In this document: positions 49,097-58,546 of the stretch, piece by piece | Layout: every line of letters starts with the position of its first letter | Position numbering within the stretch: the stretch's first letter is position 1 | Source: Polyangiaceae bacterium | Lineage (GTDB): Bacteria > Myxococcota_A > Polyangia > Polyangiales > Polyangiaceae | Assembly (NCBI GenBank): GCA_033763455.1 | Contig: JANRKO010000028.1 | Coordinates: 32,001 to 96,000 of the forward strand | Direction: 5' to 3' | Length of the DNA stretch: 64,000 nucleotides | Program-made: the position numbers and the translations under genes | Notes under the pieces: model-generated | Databases searched by the model: none | Told to the model about the DNA's origin: nothing | Seen by the model: the letters and a program-made list of their open reading frames with translations, nothing else

Positions 49097-50953
49097 ATGC
49101 CAGACGAGTGGAAGTCCAGATACGCAAAGCAGCTGGCAACTCCCGAAGAGGCTGTGGCTCTGATAAAACCAGGCCGGCGCATCCTGATCGGATCGGGCGC
49201 GGCTGAACCGACGACTCTCGTGGAAGCGCTCGTGTCAAAAGGTGACCACCTATCCGACAATGAAATTGTGCATCTTCTCACACTCGGCCCGGCACCATAT
49301 GTGAAGCCGGAATTTGCGGCACGTTTTCGGCATTCAGCGTTCTTCATTGGAGCGAACGTGCGTGACGCGGTGCAGGAGGGGCGTGCCGATTTTATTCCAG
49401 TTTTCCTTTCGGAGATCCCCGAGCTCATTCGGAGCCGGCGTGTTCGCGTCGATGTGGCGCTGATCCAAACCAGTGTGCCGGATCAGCATGGTTACGTGAG
49501 TTTGGGCGTTTCCGTTGATGTCGTGCGGGCCGCAGTAGATTCGGCAGATTTGGTTTTGGCGGAGGTGAATCCGCAGATGCCGCGAACCCACGGTGATTCC
49601 TTTTTGCAGGTGTCACGCATCGACCGCATGATTCCAGTCGATCACCCGTTGCTCGAGCTTTCTTCCGATCCCGTGGGTGAAGTAGAGACCGCGATTGGGC
49701 GCTATGTTGCGAGCCTTGTTCCGAATGGCGCAACGCTCCAAACTGGTATCGGTTCAATTCCGGACGCCGTTCTCAGCGCCCTTTCCGGCCACGTTGACAT
49801 CGGCGTGCATACCGAGATGCTTTCGGATGGCGTGATGGCCCTGGCACGGGCGGGAGTGGTCACCGGACTTCAGAAGAGTGCCCTCCGAGGCAAAATGGTG
49901 ACCTCCTTTGTCATGGGCAGTCGCGCACTTTACGAGTGGGCACACGAGAATCCGGCACTCGAGATGCGGGGTTCTGACTTCACCAACGATCCACAAGTGA
50001 TTGCGGCCAACCACCTTATGGTGTCGGTGAATTCGGCGCTCGCCGTTGATCTTACTGGTCAAGTCGCCGCCGATACGCTCATGGGCAAGTTCTTCTCAGG
50101 TATCGGGGGGCAGGTGGATTTCGTGCGCGGCGCTGCCAAAAGTAGGGGTGGGAAATCTATCATTGCGCTGCGATCCACGGCCAAAGATGGAACCATTAGC
50201 CGCATTCGTTCGGCTCTCGAAGAAGGGGCGGGGGTGGTGACCAGCCGTGGTGATGTTCGCTATGTCGTTACCGAATACGGAGTTGCAGATCTTTGGGGCA
50301 GAAGCGTTCGAGAGCGAGCTCTCTCGCTCATCGAGATTGCGCATCCTGACTTTCGCTCTGACCTTTTGACGGAAGCCAAGCACCGCCGCTACGTGTTCCC
50401 CGATCAACACGTTCCCCGCGCTGTTTATCCTTGGAAAGAGGAACGCAACGAGCGGTTGCTTGGTGGCGGCACGGTTCTCATTCGGCCCATCAAGCTCACC
50501 GACGAAGAGGCTTTGCAGCGGCTTTTCTACGAACTCTCCGACGAGAGCATTTACGCACGATTTTTGATGTACAAGCGGGCGCATCCCCACGAGGAGATCC
50601 AACAACTCGTGGATTCTGACTATCAAAACAGCATGGGGCTCGTGGTGTGTGAACCGGAAGGTTCCGAAATCATCGGTATGTGCAGGTACGATGTAGAGGC
50701 CGCTACCAAGCTTGCCGAGATCGCGTTTGTTGTACGGGATGATTGGCAGGGCCGCGGGATTGGGACTTTGCTTTTGCAGCGCATGAGTGAGATCGCAAAG
50801 GCGCGCGGCGTCGTTGGGTTTTGCGCTGAAGTGTTGGTCAGCAATAAGCCCATGCTGATGGTTTTCCATCGGAGTGGGCTTCAGGTGCGAACCCAGCGGG
50901 ACGGAGCTGTGTATCACCTGGAGGCGTATTTCCCTGAGCGGGCGAAGCGGTAA
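49097..50953 (+). CDS. Acetyl-CoA hydrolase/transferase fused to C-terminal GNAT
   Basis: LQTGIGSIPDAV, GVHTEML, SGIGGQVDF, VVTEYG; AEIAFVVRDDWQGRGIG. Confidence 0.93.
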   Translation: MPDEWKSRYAKQLATPEEAVALIKPGRRILIGSGAAEPTTLVEALVSKGDHLSDNEIVHLLTLGPAPYVKPEFAARFRHSAFFIGANVRDAVQEGRADFIPVFLSEIPELIRSRRVRVDVALIQTSVPDQHGYVSLGVSVDVVRAAVDSADLVLAEVNPQMPRTHGDSFLQVSRIDRMIPVDHPLLELSSDPVGEVETAIGRYVASLVPNGATLQTGIGSIPDAVLSALSGHVDIGVHTEMLSDGVMALARAGVVTGLQKSALRGKMVTSFVMGSRALYEWAHENPALEMRGSDFTNDPQVIAANHLMVSVNSALAVDLTGQVAADTLMGKFFSGIGGQVDFVRGAAKSRGGKSIIALRSTAKDGTISRIRSALEEGAGVVTSRGDVRYVVTEYGVADLWGRSVRERALSLIEIAHPDFRSDLLTEAKHRRYVFPDQHVPRAVYPWKEERNERLLGGGTVLIRPIKLTDEEALQRLFYELSDESIYARFLMYKRAHPHEEIQQLVDSDYQNSMGLVVCEPEGSEIIGMCRYDVEAATKLAEIAFVVRDDWQGRGIGTLLLQRMSEIAKARGVVGFCAEVLVSNKPMLMVFHRSGLQVRTQRDGAVYHLEAYFPERAKR

Positions 50954-50960
50954 GGCTTAG

Positions 50961-51006
50961 CGCAAATTTGGCGCGATAATTCGAGGCTCCACGCAAATTA
51001 GTGCGC
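50961..51006. promoter_or_regulatory. Paired candidate enhancer sites
   Basis: CGCAAATT at 50961 and 50992 (31 nt apart), each followed by GCGC; 110-155 nt upstream of a predicted sigma54 +1. Confidence 0.4.
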
Positions 51007-51089
51007 TCAAGATCCCTGAAGGGGCGAGGCTAACAGCCGCCACGAAATGGAACCAGTGAGCTGGCGCCGCACTCGCTGCTGCCGGGCGC

Positions 51090-51105
51090 TGGCCTGGCTT
51101 TTGCT
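51090..51105 (+). promoter_or_regulatory. sigma54 promoter
   Basis: TGGCCTGGCTTTTGCT; predicted +1 about 51116, at the GTG/ATG start. Confidence 0.65.
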
Positions 51106-51114
51106 TTTGGGGGC

Positions 51115-52911
51115 GTGATGTCTTTGCTCGACAAGCTGATCCCAACGCCGCGCTTGGTCGAGGTGAGTTCCGTCGAACTCGGCGCCACGCCTAGCGCGGT
51201 ATGGCAGCACCTGCGCCATGAGGAGCTCGCTGACTCGTTGCTCGTTCGCGCGCTGTTCGCCATCCGCACATTGCCCTCGCGCCTGGGGGCTGGCCCGTCC
51301 GAGCATTCGGTCTTGCGTATCGACGCTCTCCGCTCGACCCCGGAACACCCAGGCTTCCAGCTACTCGCCGAAGAGCCCGAGCGCTCCTTGACGGTGGGCG
51401 CCATCGGTCAAGTCTGGCAGCTCGATATTCCGTTTCAGCACGTCGACAGCGCCGAGCGCTACGCGAGCTTCACCGAACCAGGCTGGGTAAAAGTCGCTTG
51501 GGAGATCCGCTTGGCGCCCTGCGGCGAAGGTTCGTCCCAGCTCGATTTCGAGGTGCGTGTCGACGCGACCGACGATGCCTCGTGGGTCAAGTTCACCAGC
51601 TACTGGCGCCTGATCGGGCCTGGCTCACATTTGATCCGTCGGGTGTTGCTGGGTGGTTTCCAGCGACGCTTTGGCTCTCCGAACACACGGGAGGAGGAAC
51701 GTGCCTTACCCGGCGATGCGCTGTTGCCTGACGCGACCGCTCAGGCAACACATGGCATCACGATTCAGGCACCGCGCGCTGCCATTTGGCCTTGGCTCGT
51801 GCAGATGGGGTGCCACAGAGCTGGCTACTACTCGGTGGATCTCCTCGACAACGGCGGCGTGCCGAGCGCTCGGGAAATCCACGCCGATCTCCAAGAGCTG
51901 GTTGTCGGACAGATCCTTCCCGCGACACCCGAGAGCTCCGAGGGCTTCGAGGTGCTGGCCATCGAGCCCGAACACACCTTGATTCTGGGCGGACTCTACG
52001 ACGTGAAGGGCAGACAGCAGCTTCCGTTCGCGAGTGCGCGTCCGCAGAACTACTGGCACGCGACTTGGACGTTCGCGCTCGAGGAACTGGGGCCGACGTC
52101 GACGCGCCTCCACGTGCGGGCGCGCGTGGCCCTATCGTCATCCGAACGGTTTCACGCTGCGTGGATCCGCCCTGTTCACGCGCTGATGCAAACGGCGCAG
52201 CTCCGTCATCTGGCGGCTCGCGCCGAAGGACGACTTGCGCGCGACTCGCTCGTGGACATCGGTGAAGGGCTGGCGGGGGCCGCGGTGATGGCGCTCGCGT
52301 TCGTTACGCCTTTTCAGCGGACCGCCAGGAATCACTGGGGACTTTCCGCCGAGGAAGCCGCGAAGCCTCGCCCCGGTGACGAGTGCATCCCCGAGCCCCT
52401 TTGGTCGTGGACACACGGCATCGAGATCGACGCCCGAGCGGAAGAGGTATGGCCGTGGGTGGCTCAGATAGGCGCCGATCGGGCAGGTTTCTATAGCTAC
52501 CAGTGGCTCGAAAACTTGGCGGGATGCAAGGTCCAGAACGCTGAGAGCTTGCACGCGGAGTGGGTGCACCGCATCGGGGACAACCTCGTGTTGCACCCCA
52601 AAATGCCGCCCATTCCCGTGATCGGCATCGAACCCAATCGGAGTCTCGTGGCCTTTGCACCCGCCGACGAAGCGGCGCGGATCGAAGGGCGCCCTTGGGC
52701 AGCCGCCAGTTGGGCGTTCGTTCTCGAGACGCTGGGCGACGAGCGCTGCAGACTCGTCAGCCGCTTCCGCACGGTCTGCTCGGCCGACTTGATGAGCCGC
52801 GTTGTGCAAGGGCCGATCCTGCTTGAGCCTATCGGCTTTGCCATGGATCGCCGCATGTTGCTCGGGATTCGAGAGCGGGTGCTGCGCGCTCGAGCGGAGC
52901 AATGTACATGA
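51115..52911 (+). CDS. Multi-domain SRPBCC/START-like protein (DUF2867-like domain plus two tandem repeats)
   Basis: YWRLIGPGS.LIRR; duplicated TH.I.I.A....WPW..Q.G..RAG.YS...L.N. Confidence 0.75.
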   Translation: MMSLLDKLIPTPRLVEVSSVELGATPSAVWQHLRHEELADSLLVRALFAIRTLPSRLGAGPSEHSVLRIDALRSTPEHPGFQLLAEEPERSLTVGAIGQVWQLDIPFQHVDSAERYASFTEPGWVKVAWEIRLAPCGEGSSQLDFEVRVDATDDASWVKFTSYWRLIGPGSHLIRRVLLGGFQRRFGSPNTREEERALPGDALLPDATAQATHGITIQAPRAAIWPWLVQMGCHRAGYYSVDLLDNGGVPSAREIHADLQELVVGQILPATPESSEGFEVLAIEPEHTLILGGLYDVKGRQQLPFASARPQNYWHATWTFALEELGPTSTRLHVRARVALSSSERFHAAWIRPVHALMQTAQLRHLAARAEGRLARDSLVDIGEGLAGAAVMALAFVTPFQRTARNHWGLSAEEAAKPRPGDECIPEPLWSWTHGIEIDARAEEVWPWVAQIGADRAGFYSYQWLENLAGCKVQNAESLHAEWVHRIGDNLVLHPKMPPIPVIGIEPNRSLVAFAPADEAARIEGRPWAAASWAFVLETLGDERCRLVSRFRTVCSADLMSRVVQGPILLEPIGFAMDRRMLLGIRERVLRARAEQCT

Positions 52912-53585
52912 CCTCAATCGCGAGTGATGCGGCAGCGTCTGCGCCGCCCGGGCAGAGTTTTTGGCGCGTCTATTGGCTCGCATTTGTGCGCCCCGCGCGA
53001 GCCATGAATGCCTTAGTCCAATCCCGCGGTGCAGTACGATTCGGCGCCTGCAGTGTGGCCATCACGGGTGTCACGTATTCACTCGTTTACTTCTTCCTGT
53101 CGCAGAACGGAGGCAGGCCCACCGTCTTCGAGCCTTGGCTCGCTATTCCCGCCGAGGATTACTACCGCTACAATTTGCTATTCAACCTCCCGAGCGTGCT
53201 CCTGGCCTGGGTCGCAGCGACAGGCTTCACTCACCTGGCCGCTCAGGCCTTGGGCGGAAAAGGGACGTTCGAGACGACCTTGGGCACACTCGGCTTGGGC
53301 ATCGGAGTGGCCTCCTGGGGCACCGGACTTCACGATCTGCTCACGAGCTGCATGGGGTACCAGGGGCTGCTCGACCAACGCGCCTACGAAGATGCCATGA
53401 GCGCGCCCGGGACGGCGGCCCATCGCCTGATTTGGACGCTCATGCTGCTCTATTCGAGCGCGTTCCTGCTGCTCTTCACGCGAGGCGTCGGGGTCGCGCA
53501 TGGCCTCCGCCTCGGTCGCGCCTTCGCTTGTGGAGCGCTTGGCTTCGCCGTGTACCAGGGCATATTCGTGCTCTTCAACCGCTGA
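52902..53585 (+). CDS. Yip1-like multi-pass membrane protein
   Basis: RP.RA N-terminus, about 5 TM helices, LGGKGTFE motif. Confidence 0.7.
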   Translation: MYMTSIASDAAASAPPGQSFWRVYWLAFVRPARAMNALVQSRGAVRFGACSVAITGVTYSLVYFFLSQNGGRPTVFEPWLAIPAEDYYRYNLLFNLPSVLLAWVAATGFTHLAAQALGGKGTFETTLGTLGLGIGVASWGTGLHDLLTSCMGYQGLLDQRAYEDAMSAPGTAAHRLIWTLMLLYSSAFLLLFTRGVGVAHGLRLGRAFACGALGFAVYQGIFVLFNR

Positions 53586-53843
53586 CAATCGAACGCGCGC
53601 ATCCGCACGCTGCCTCGCTTCTACACCACCGATGTGACGTTTCTCAGCTGACCGCCGCGCCGATCCAGCACACGCCACGTATTCCGATTTTTCGGATTTG
53701 GTGGCGCATCAAATGCGCGAGACGTGAACCCGTCGCGCAAGTCGTTCGTGCCGAGCGGCGACAGGTTGGCGGCGAGATCTGCAGAAACCGTTTTTCGAAT
53801 AGCCGCTTGCCTCGCCGGGCAGAGCGCTGCTAAGCGTCTTCCT

Positions 53844-54296
53844 ATGAAGTCGATAACCCAAACGACGCGACGCGCCTTGGCGGTGTTGCTACTGTTGCCA
53901 CTAAGCGGCTGCTATAGGGCGACGTTTTTCGAGAACCCTACTGCTGTTCGCGGCAATGAACACGAGCGCTGGACAGATTTCTTTATCTTCGGTTTGGTTG
54001 GCACCCAAGATTTCTCCATCAAGGAGTTTTGCCCGAGCGGCGAGGTGGCGCAGGTTCGCACCGGGGCGAACTTTGGAACTGGCATCGTTGGGTTTTTGAC
54101 GATTGGGATCTACACGCCACGAAAACTCTATGTAACGTGTGCCGCAACGGGCAAGGCGGCGCGGCGTGAACTGGAGATTGACGCTACTTCCTCAGGTGAG
54201 CCTGTAGCGGCAAAGATTCGCACTGGGAATTTAGCCGTACCGGTTAACATTCAACGGGTCAAGTCGGCTACGTGGCGACTTCAGGAGCGGAGCTGA
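53844..54296 (+). CDS. Bor/Iss-family lipoprotein
   Basis: LSGCY lipobox, FFIFGLV, CPSG, LTIGIYTPR...TC. Confidence 0.8.
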   Translation: MKSITQTTRRALAVLLLLPLSGCYRATFFENPTAVRGNEHERWTDFFIFGLVGTQDFSIKEFCPSGEVAQVRTGANFGTGIVGFLTIGIYTPRKLYVTCAATGKAARRELEIDATSSGEPVAAKIRTGNLAVPVNIQRVKSATWRLQERS

Positions 54297-54299
54297 GCC

Positions 54300-54734
54300 A
54301 TGTACAAGAATCGCAACTCCCGAACGCTGCTTGGCCTGTTTCTCACGTGCCTCCCCCTCTGCCTAAGTGGGTGTTACACGACCACCATTCACTCTGGGAA
54401 ACCTGCCGCGGCGCCGAGCCTCGAATACGATCAGAAGTGGCATCACGGCCTGGTGTGGGGGATCGCCGAACTCAGCGGCCCTTACGATCTGTCAAAAATC
54501 TGTCCACTCGGGTGGGCGAAAATTAAGACCGAAACCTCATTTCTGAATGGTTTCGTCGAGGCTGTGACCAGTGGTGTCTATGCGCCCCAGACGATCACCG
54601 TCATGTGCAACGCCTCTGAGGGTCCCGCCGCGCCATCCACTTCTGCTAAGCCCGCTGCGCCTCCCACCGATACGCCTGTTCCCCCTTCAACGGAGCCCGC
54701 TGCCCCGGTCGAGCCAAGCGCTAGCCCCGAGTGA
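54300..54734 (+). CDS. Bor/Iss-family lipoprotein with Pro/Ala-rich tail
   Basis: LSGCY, LVWGI, ICPLG, ETSFLNG, GVYAPQTITVMC. Confidence 0.8.
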   Translation: MYKNRNSRTLLGLFLTCLPLCLSGCYTTTIHSGKPAAAPSLEYDQKWHHGLVWGIAELSGPYDLSKICPLGWAKIKTETSFLNGFVEAVTSGVYAPQTITVMCNASEGPAAPSTSAKPAAPPTDTPVPPSTEPAAPVEPSASPE

Positions 54735-54867
54735 AGATCCTGGATTTATGATCGTATTCCTAGCGAGCGCGATCCTGATGCGGAGCCGGCGACCTGATCG
54801 GTTTGCCAGGTGCAGTTGCCGTTGAGCCTAAGCCAGTATCCCAGACTTGCGTGCAACCGGTTTCGGT

Positions 54868-54948
54868 TCGGCGTTTGCAGGGAAACGCCACCAGGTCCGC
54901 GTGGTCGCAGGAACGGCAGGTAAGCTGCAAATATCCATGCTCCGGGAT
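54868..54948 (-). mobile_element. IS91/ISCR-family transposase zinc-binding-domain remnant
   Basis: IPEHGYLQLTCRSCDHADLVAFPCKRR resembles the IS91 motif HGF.R..C..C....LVAFSCK.R; the CPSC that should follow is lost. Confidence 0.65.
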
Positions 54949-55172
54949 AGCGCTAATCATGCCCCGCCCGGCCGCTTGAAGCGGGGGCGATTTAAGGAAA
55001 GTCACCAACCTGTCGCAAAGCTCATGGCTAGCGAGGCGCTTCGCATGCCAAGTACCGCCCGGATGGTCGAAACCCCCTTGGATGGTGCGGGATTTTGTGG
55101 TTATGCTGCGCCGCTCCCTATGGGAGTAGCTCATTGACTGCAAGCGGACGTTCGGAGAACGAAGGAGAGATC

Positions 55173-56087
55173 ATGGCAAACTTTGGAACTCTGATTAAGA
55201 CAACGCGCGGGCGCCGCGTGGCTGCTGGCATTGCGGGCGCCGCAACACTTGCGAGCGCGGGTGCCTACGCCGCGGTTAGCCTCAACGCGAGCAGCGGTGA
55301 GATCCAAGGCTGCTACGACCGACAGGGCCGGCTGCGCGTACTCACGGGCCCGAACGATGCCTGTGAACGCAATGAGCAAGCTATCAGCTGGAACAAGCAA
55401 GGCCCCGAGGGAGCCCAGGGCCTTCCTGGGATACAGGGGCCCGCAGGTCCGGTGGGACCGGCGGGAGCGGATGGAGCACCTGGTCGGGATGGACGCGATG
55501 GCCTTCAGGGCGCCATCGGCCCAATGGGGGCAATCGGGCCTGTTGGTCCTCAGGGGCCTGCAGGGCCTCCGGGTTCAAGTGGTGGAGGAGGCGGTCAGCC
55601 AGCCCCGGCGGCCCACGAGGCCGATGTGTTCTTGAAGATCGGTGACATTAAGGGCGAATCGACGGACACCAAGCACAAGGACGAAATCGAGATCGAAAGC
55701 TTCAGCTGGGGCCTTAACAACGCGGGTTCGTTAAGCTCCGGCGGGGGAGCGGGCTCTGGCAAAGTGAGCTTTAATGATATCCAGCTTACCAAGCGCGTCG
55801 ATCTCTCAAGTGCCGCTTTGGCTCTCAACGGCGCGACAGGCAAGCATCTGCCTGAGGCCACCATCACGATCCTAAGGCCTAGCCAGAAGACGGGCGAAAA
55901 GGTCGAATATCTGAAGATCAAGCTGACGGACGTCTTGGTGACTTCCGTGAGTCAGGCGATCGATACGAGCGCCACCGCCGCCGAGAGCATCTCGCTCAAT
56001 TTCTCCAAGATCGACTTCCAATACACGTCGGAAGTAGCACCGCCCAATGGGTTCGGGTGGGACATCAAACAGAACACGAAGCTTTGA
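55173..56087 (+). CDS. hcp: Signal peptide - two-Cys cap - collagen repeat - Hcp (T6SS tube) fusion protein
   Basis: AAGGAG RBS; signal peptide ending AGAYA; Gly-X-Y x19-20; [63 protein letters not shown]. Confidence 0.92.
   Translation: MANFGTLIKTTRGRRVAAGIAGAATLASAGAYAAVSLNASSGEIQGCYDRQGRLRVLTGPNDACERNEQAISWNKQGPEGAQGLPGIQGPAGPVGPAGADGAPGRDGRDGLQGAIGPMGAIGPVGPQGPAGPPGSSGGGGGQPAPAAHEADVFLKIGDIKGESTDTKHKDEIEIESFSWGLNNAGSLSSGGGAGSGKVSFNDIQLTKRVDLSSAALALNGATGKHLPEATITILRPSQKTGEKVEYLKIKLTDVLVTSVSQAIDTSATAAESISLNFSKIDFQYTSEVAPPNGFGWDIKQNTKL
55401..55580 (+). repeat. Collagen-like Gly-X-Y repeat (19-20 uninterrupted triplets)
   Basis: [60 protein letters not shown]. Confidence 0.95.
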
Positions 56088-57658
56088 GCCAGAGTGGGGC
56101 TGATTTCAAGGCGGCATTGACCGCCTACGATCAAGTTGCCTACCCAGGCCACGCCTACCCACAGACGCACCCCACACGCCTGGGCGCGATGGCTCAGCTA
56201 CTCGGGTTAACGCCAGCGCCCGTTGAGCGTTGCCGAGTTTTGGAGCTCGCCTGTGGGGACGGCGCCAATCTTATCCCCATGGCCGTGGCGCTGCCGGGCG
56301 CTACCTTCGTCGGCGTGGACGTCGCAGCGCGTGCGATCGCCGCGGGGCAAGAGATTGTGGCCGAGCTCGGCCTCCGGAACATCGAGCTTCGCGCGGGCGA
56401 CGCTTCCGCCCTGGGGCGCGATTTAGGGGAGTTCGACTATGTGATCGCCCACGGGGTCTATTCGTGGGTGCCAGAAGCCGTGCGCGACGGGCTGCTCGCA
56501 ACGATCAAGGCACACCTGGCGCCGGGTGGGATCGGTTATGTGAGCTTCTCCGCGTATCCTGGCGCCTATTTTCGCGAACTCGTGCGCGAGCTCATGCTCT
56601 TTCACACGGGCGAGGGCGCGCCACCCACCGAGCGCCTTCAGCACGGAATCGATTTCTTGCGCTTTGTTCGCGAAGTGCACGGTCCCGGAACGGCTTACGC
56701 GGCCGCCCTGGATCAAGAGCTTGTGCGCGTTTCCAAAGCGGACCCAGGCTACGTCTTTCACGATGATTTCTCTGAAACGAATGCCCCGATCTATTTTTCG
56801 GCTTTTGCTGAACACTTGGCCACACACGATCTTGCCTACCTGTGTGACGCGACCTTCGATTACTTCTTCGACCCACGCCTTTCGTCGGCTGTACGCGAGC
56901 AGATCAGCAGCTACGCCGGGGGAAACATCATTGCCGAACAGCAGTACCTCGACTTCATCCAGGGCACACCCTTCCGCCAAACGCTGGCGTGCCACGCGAG
57001 CGCACCGATTGATAGAAAGTTCGACGCGACGCGATTGTTCCCGCTCTTGGCTTCGGCTTGGCTTGCTCCTACACAGCCGGACCCCGACATCCTGGGCCCA
57101 ACCCGTGTTTGCTTTCGCAGCCAAGATCTTCGAGAAATCGAAACGGAGGAGCCGCTCGCCAAAGCTTTGCTCTTGGAGCTATCCCAAGCTTGGCCTGAAG
57201 CGCGTAGCGTTCAGTGCATTTTTGACAGCGCCCTCAGGCGCATCGGGGCGCCTCCACCCGATCCATCGGGGGCGCCTGGGTACGCTCCGCACGCGCTCCG
57301 GGTTCTGGAGCGCACCGTTCTTATGGGCGCCGCTACCCGCTTGATCTCTGTGTGGCACGGCAGCTTTGTGGGTATCGGAGTACCCGGCGATCGCCCGCTC
57401 GCAAGTCCGCTCGCTCGCCTTCAAGCGAGTCGTGGAGAACTAGTAACGAGCCTTCGCCACACGACAGTACGCCTTCAAGATGCCCCTGCACGTGGCCTGC
57501 TTGAGCTGATGGATGGCACCCGCACCCGCCAGGACTTGTTGGTAGCGCTCCGCGACCGATTGGCCGAGTCCGACCCAACCTCTGCCCATGACCTAAACCT
57601 GGAAGCGCTCAACCGCGTGCTCAACGGGTTGGCGGAGCGTGGTTTCGTTTTGGGTTAG
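56084..57658 (+). CDS. Class I SAM methyltransferase with MethyTransf_Reg-like and C-terminal winged-helix domains (PKMT-like)
   Basis: YD..AYP...[48 protein letters not shown]....FRQTL, LMDGTRT; TTG 56084 overlaps the hcp TGA. Confidence 0.88.
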   Translation: MSQSGADFKAALTAYDQVAYPGHAYPQTHPTRLGAMAQLLGLTPAPVERCRVLELACGDGANLIPMAVALPGATFVGVDVAARAIAAGQEIVAELGLRNIELRAGDASALGRDLGEFDYVIAHGVYSWVPEAVRDGLLATIKAHLAPGGIGYVSFSAYPGAYFRELVRELMLFHTGEGAPPTERLQHGIDFLRFVREVHGPGTAYAAALDQELVRVSKADPGYVFHDDFSETNAPIYFSAFAEHLATHDLAYLCDATFDYFFDPRLSSAVREQISSYAGGNIIAEQQYLDFIQGTPFRQTLACHASAPIDRKFDATRLFPLLASAWLAPTQPDPDILGPTRVCFRSQDLREIETEEPLAKALLLELSQAWPEARSVQCIFDSALRRIGAPPPDPSGAPGYAPHALRVLERTVLMGAATRLISVWHGSFVGIGVPGDRPLASPLARLQASRGELVTSLRHTTVRLQDAPARGLLELMDGTRTRQDLLVALRDRLAESDPTSAHDLNLEALNRVLNGLAERGFVLG

Positions 57659-57709
57659 GCGATCTCCAGCTGAGGCCCCTGGCTCGCAGCACCGCAGACT
57701 ACATCGCGC

Positions 57710-58546
57710 TCAAAGTGGCGCGGCCGTATAGCCTTGCACCACCTTTAGGTTGTCGAAGCGAATGGCAGATGGCGTCTGCGGTTCCCACGTGAGGTTCGGA
57801 AAAATGGCGGGTAAATACTGCGATGCACAAAGATCGTCGAACAACCCCTGGGTCAGCCCTGGGTACGCTGGCAGTGCACCTTGACACGTCGTCCGCTTCA
57901 CTTCGTTGCCACCGTAGAAGGTGCTGAAAAATAGGCTGTTGACCCATGCATCTTGGCTGTCCGGAACAATCACCGGGCACGGGCCGCTGCACTCGTCGCG
58001 CAACACCACGTTGTGAGAAACCAACAGTCGTTTGGCAGAGCCGTCGGCGGCTTGCACCGCCAAACTTACTTCACCATTGCCCGAGATGGGCACCGGGGCG
58101 CCGATACCATCCAGAACCAGCTTGCCGTCCGCATCTTTCTTGTAAACGACACTGTCATTGTCGTTTACCTGAACCGAGATTCGTAGCGTGTACCATTTGC
58201 CTGTTTGGAAACGAAATTTGTCGTCGGCAGGGATCTTGCCCGGCTCTTCGTAGGGCGCGTCTCCGTCGGTGGCATCCATCATCTGCATCACGCCGCAGCC
58301 CCCCGAAGGACGCGTTTGATCGTAGGAATACAGTTGTAAGCGGCCATTGTTGCGCCACATCACGCGCACACTCCAGTTCTTCACATTGCGCTTCTTGTTT
58401 CCATCGTCCGTGCACCCACTGTCGAAAGCCTTGGCCGCCAAACCCGGTAATTTCCCACCCTTGGCGAAATCGAAACCGGGCTCGAAATACAAATCGTAGG
58501 TCAACGTGTACGCCTTCGCAGCGATAGGGGCGTTAGAGGCAGCCAC
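57710..58546 (-). pseudogene. Polysaccharide lyase family 14-like gene, apparently 5'-truncated
   Basis: YDLYFEPGFDFAKGGKLPGL, WSVRVMWR, FSTFYGG; no signal peptide; in-frame TAG at 58610-58612 upstream. Confidence 0.65.

Noticed and set aside
55005..55060. c-di-GMP-I (GEMM) riboswitch upstream of hcp (CGCAAAGC...CTA...hairpin)
   Set aside because: The GGCAAACC...GAAA first stem is absent and the second stem pairs poorly; an RF01051 search would be needed to revive it.
55173..56087. Part of a canonical T6SS or prophage tail cluster
   Set aside because: No sheath, VgrG, baseplate or phage genes are recognisable in the window; a T6SS elsewhere in the genome cannot be excluded.
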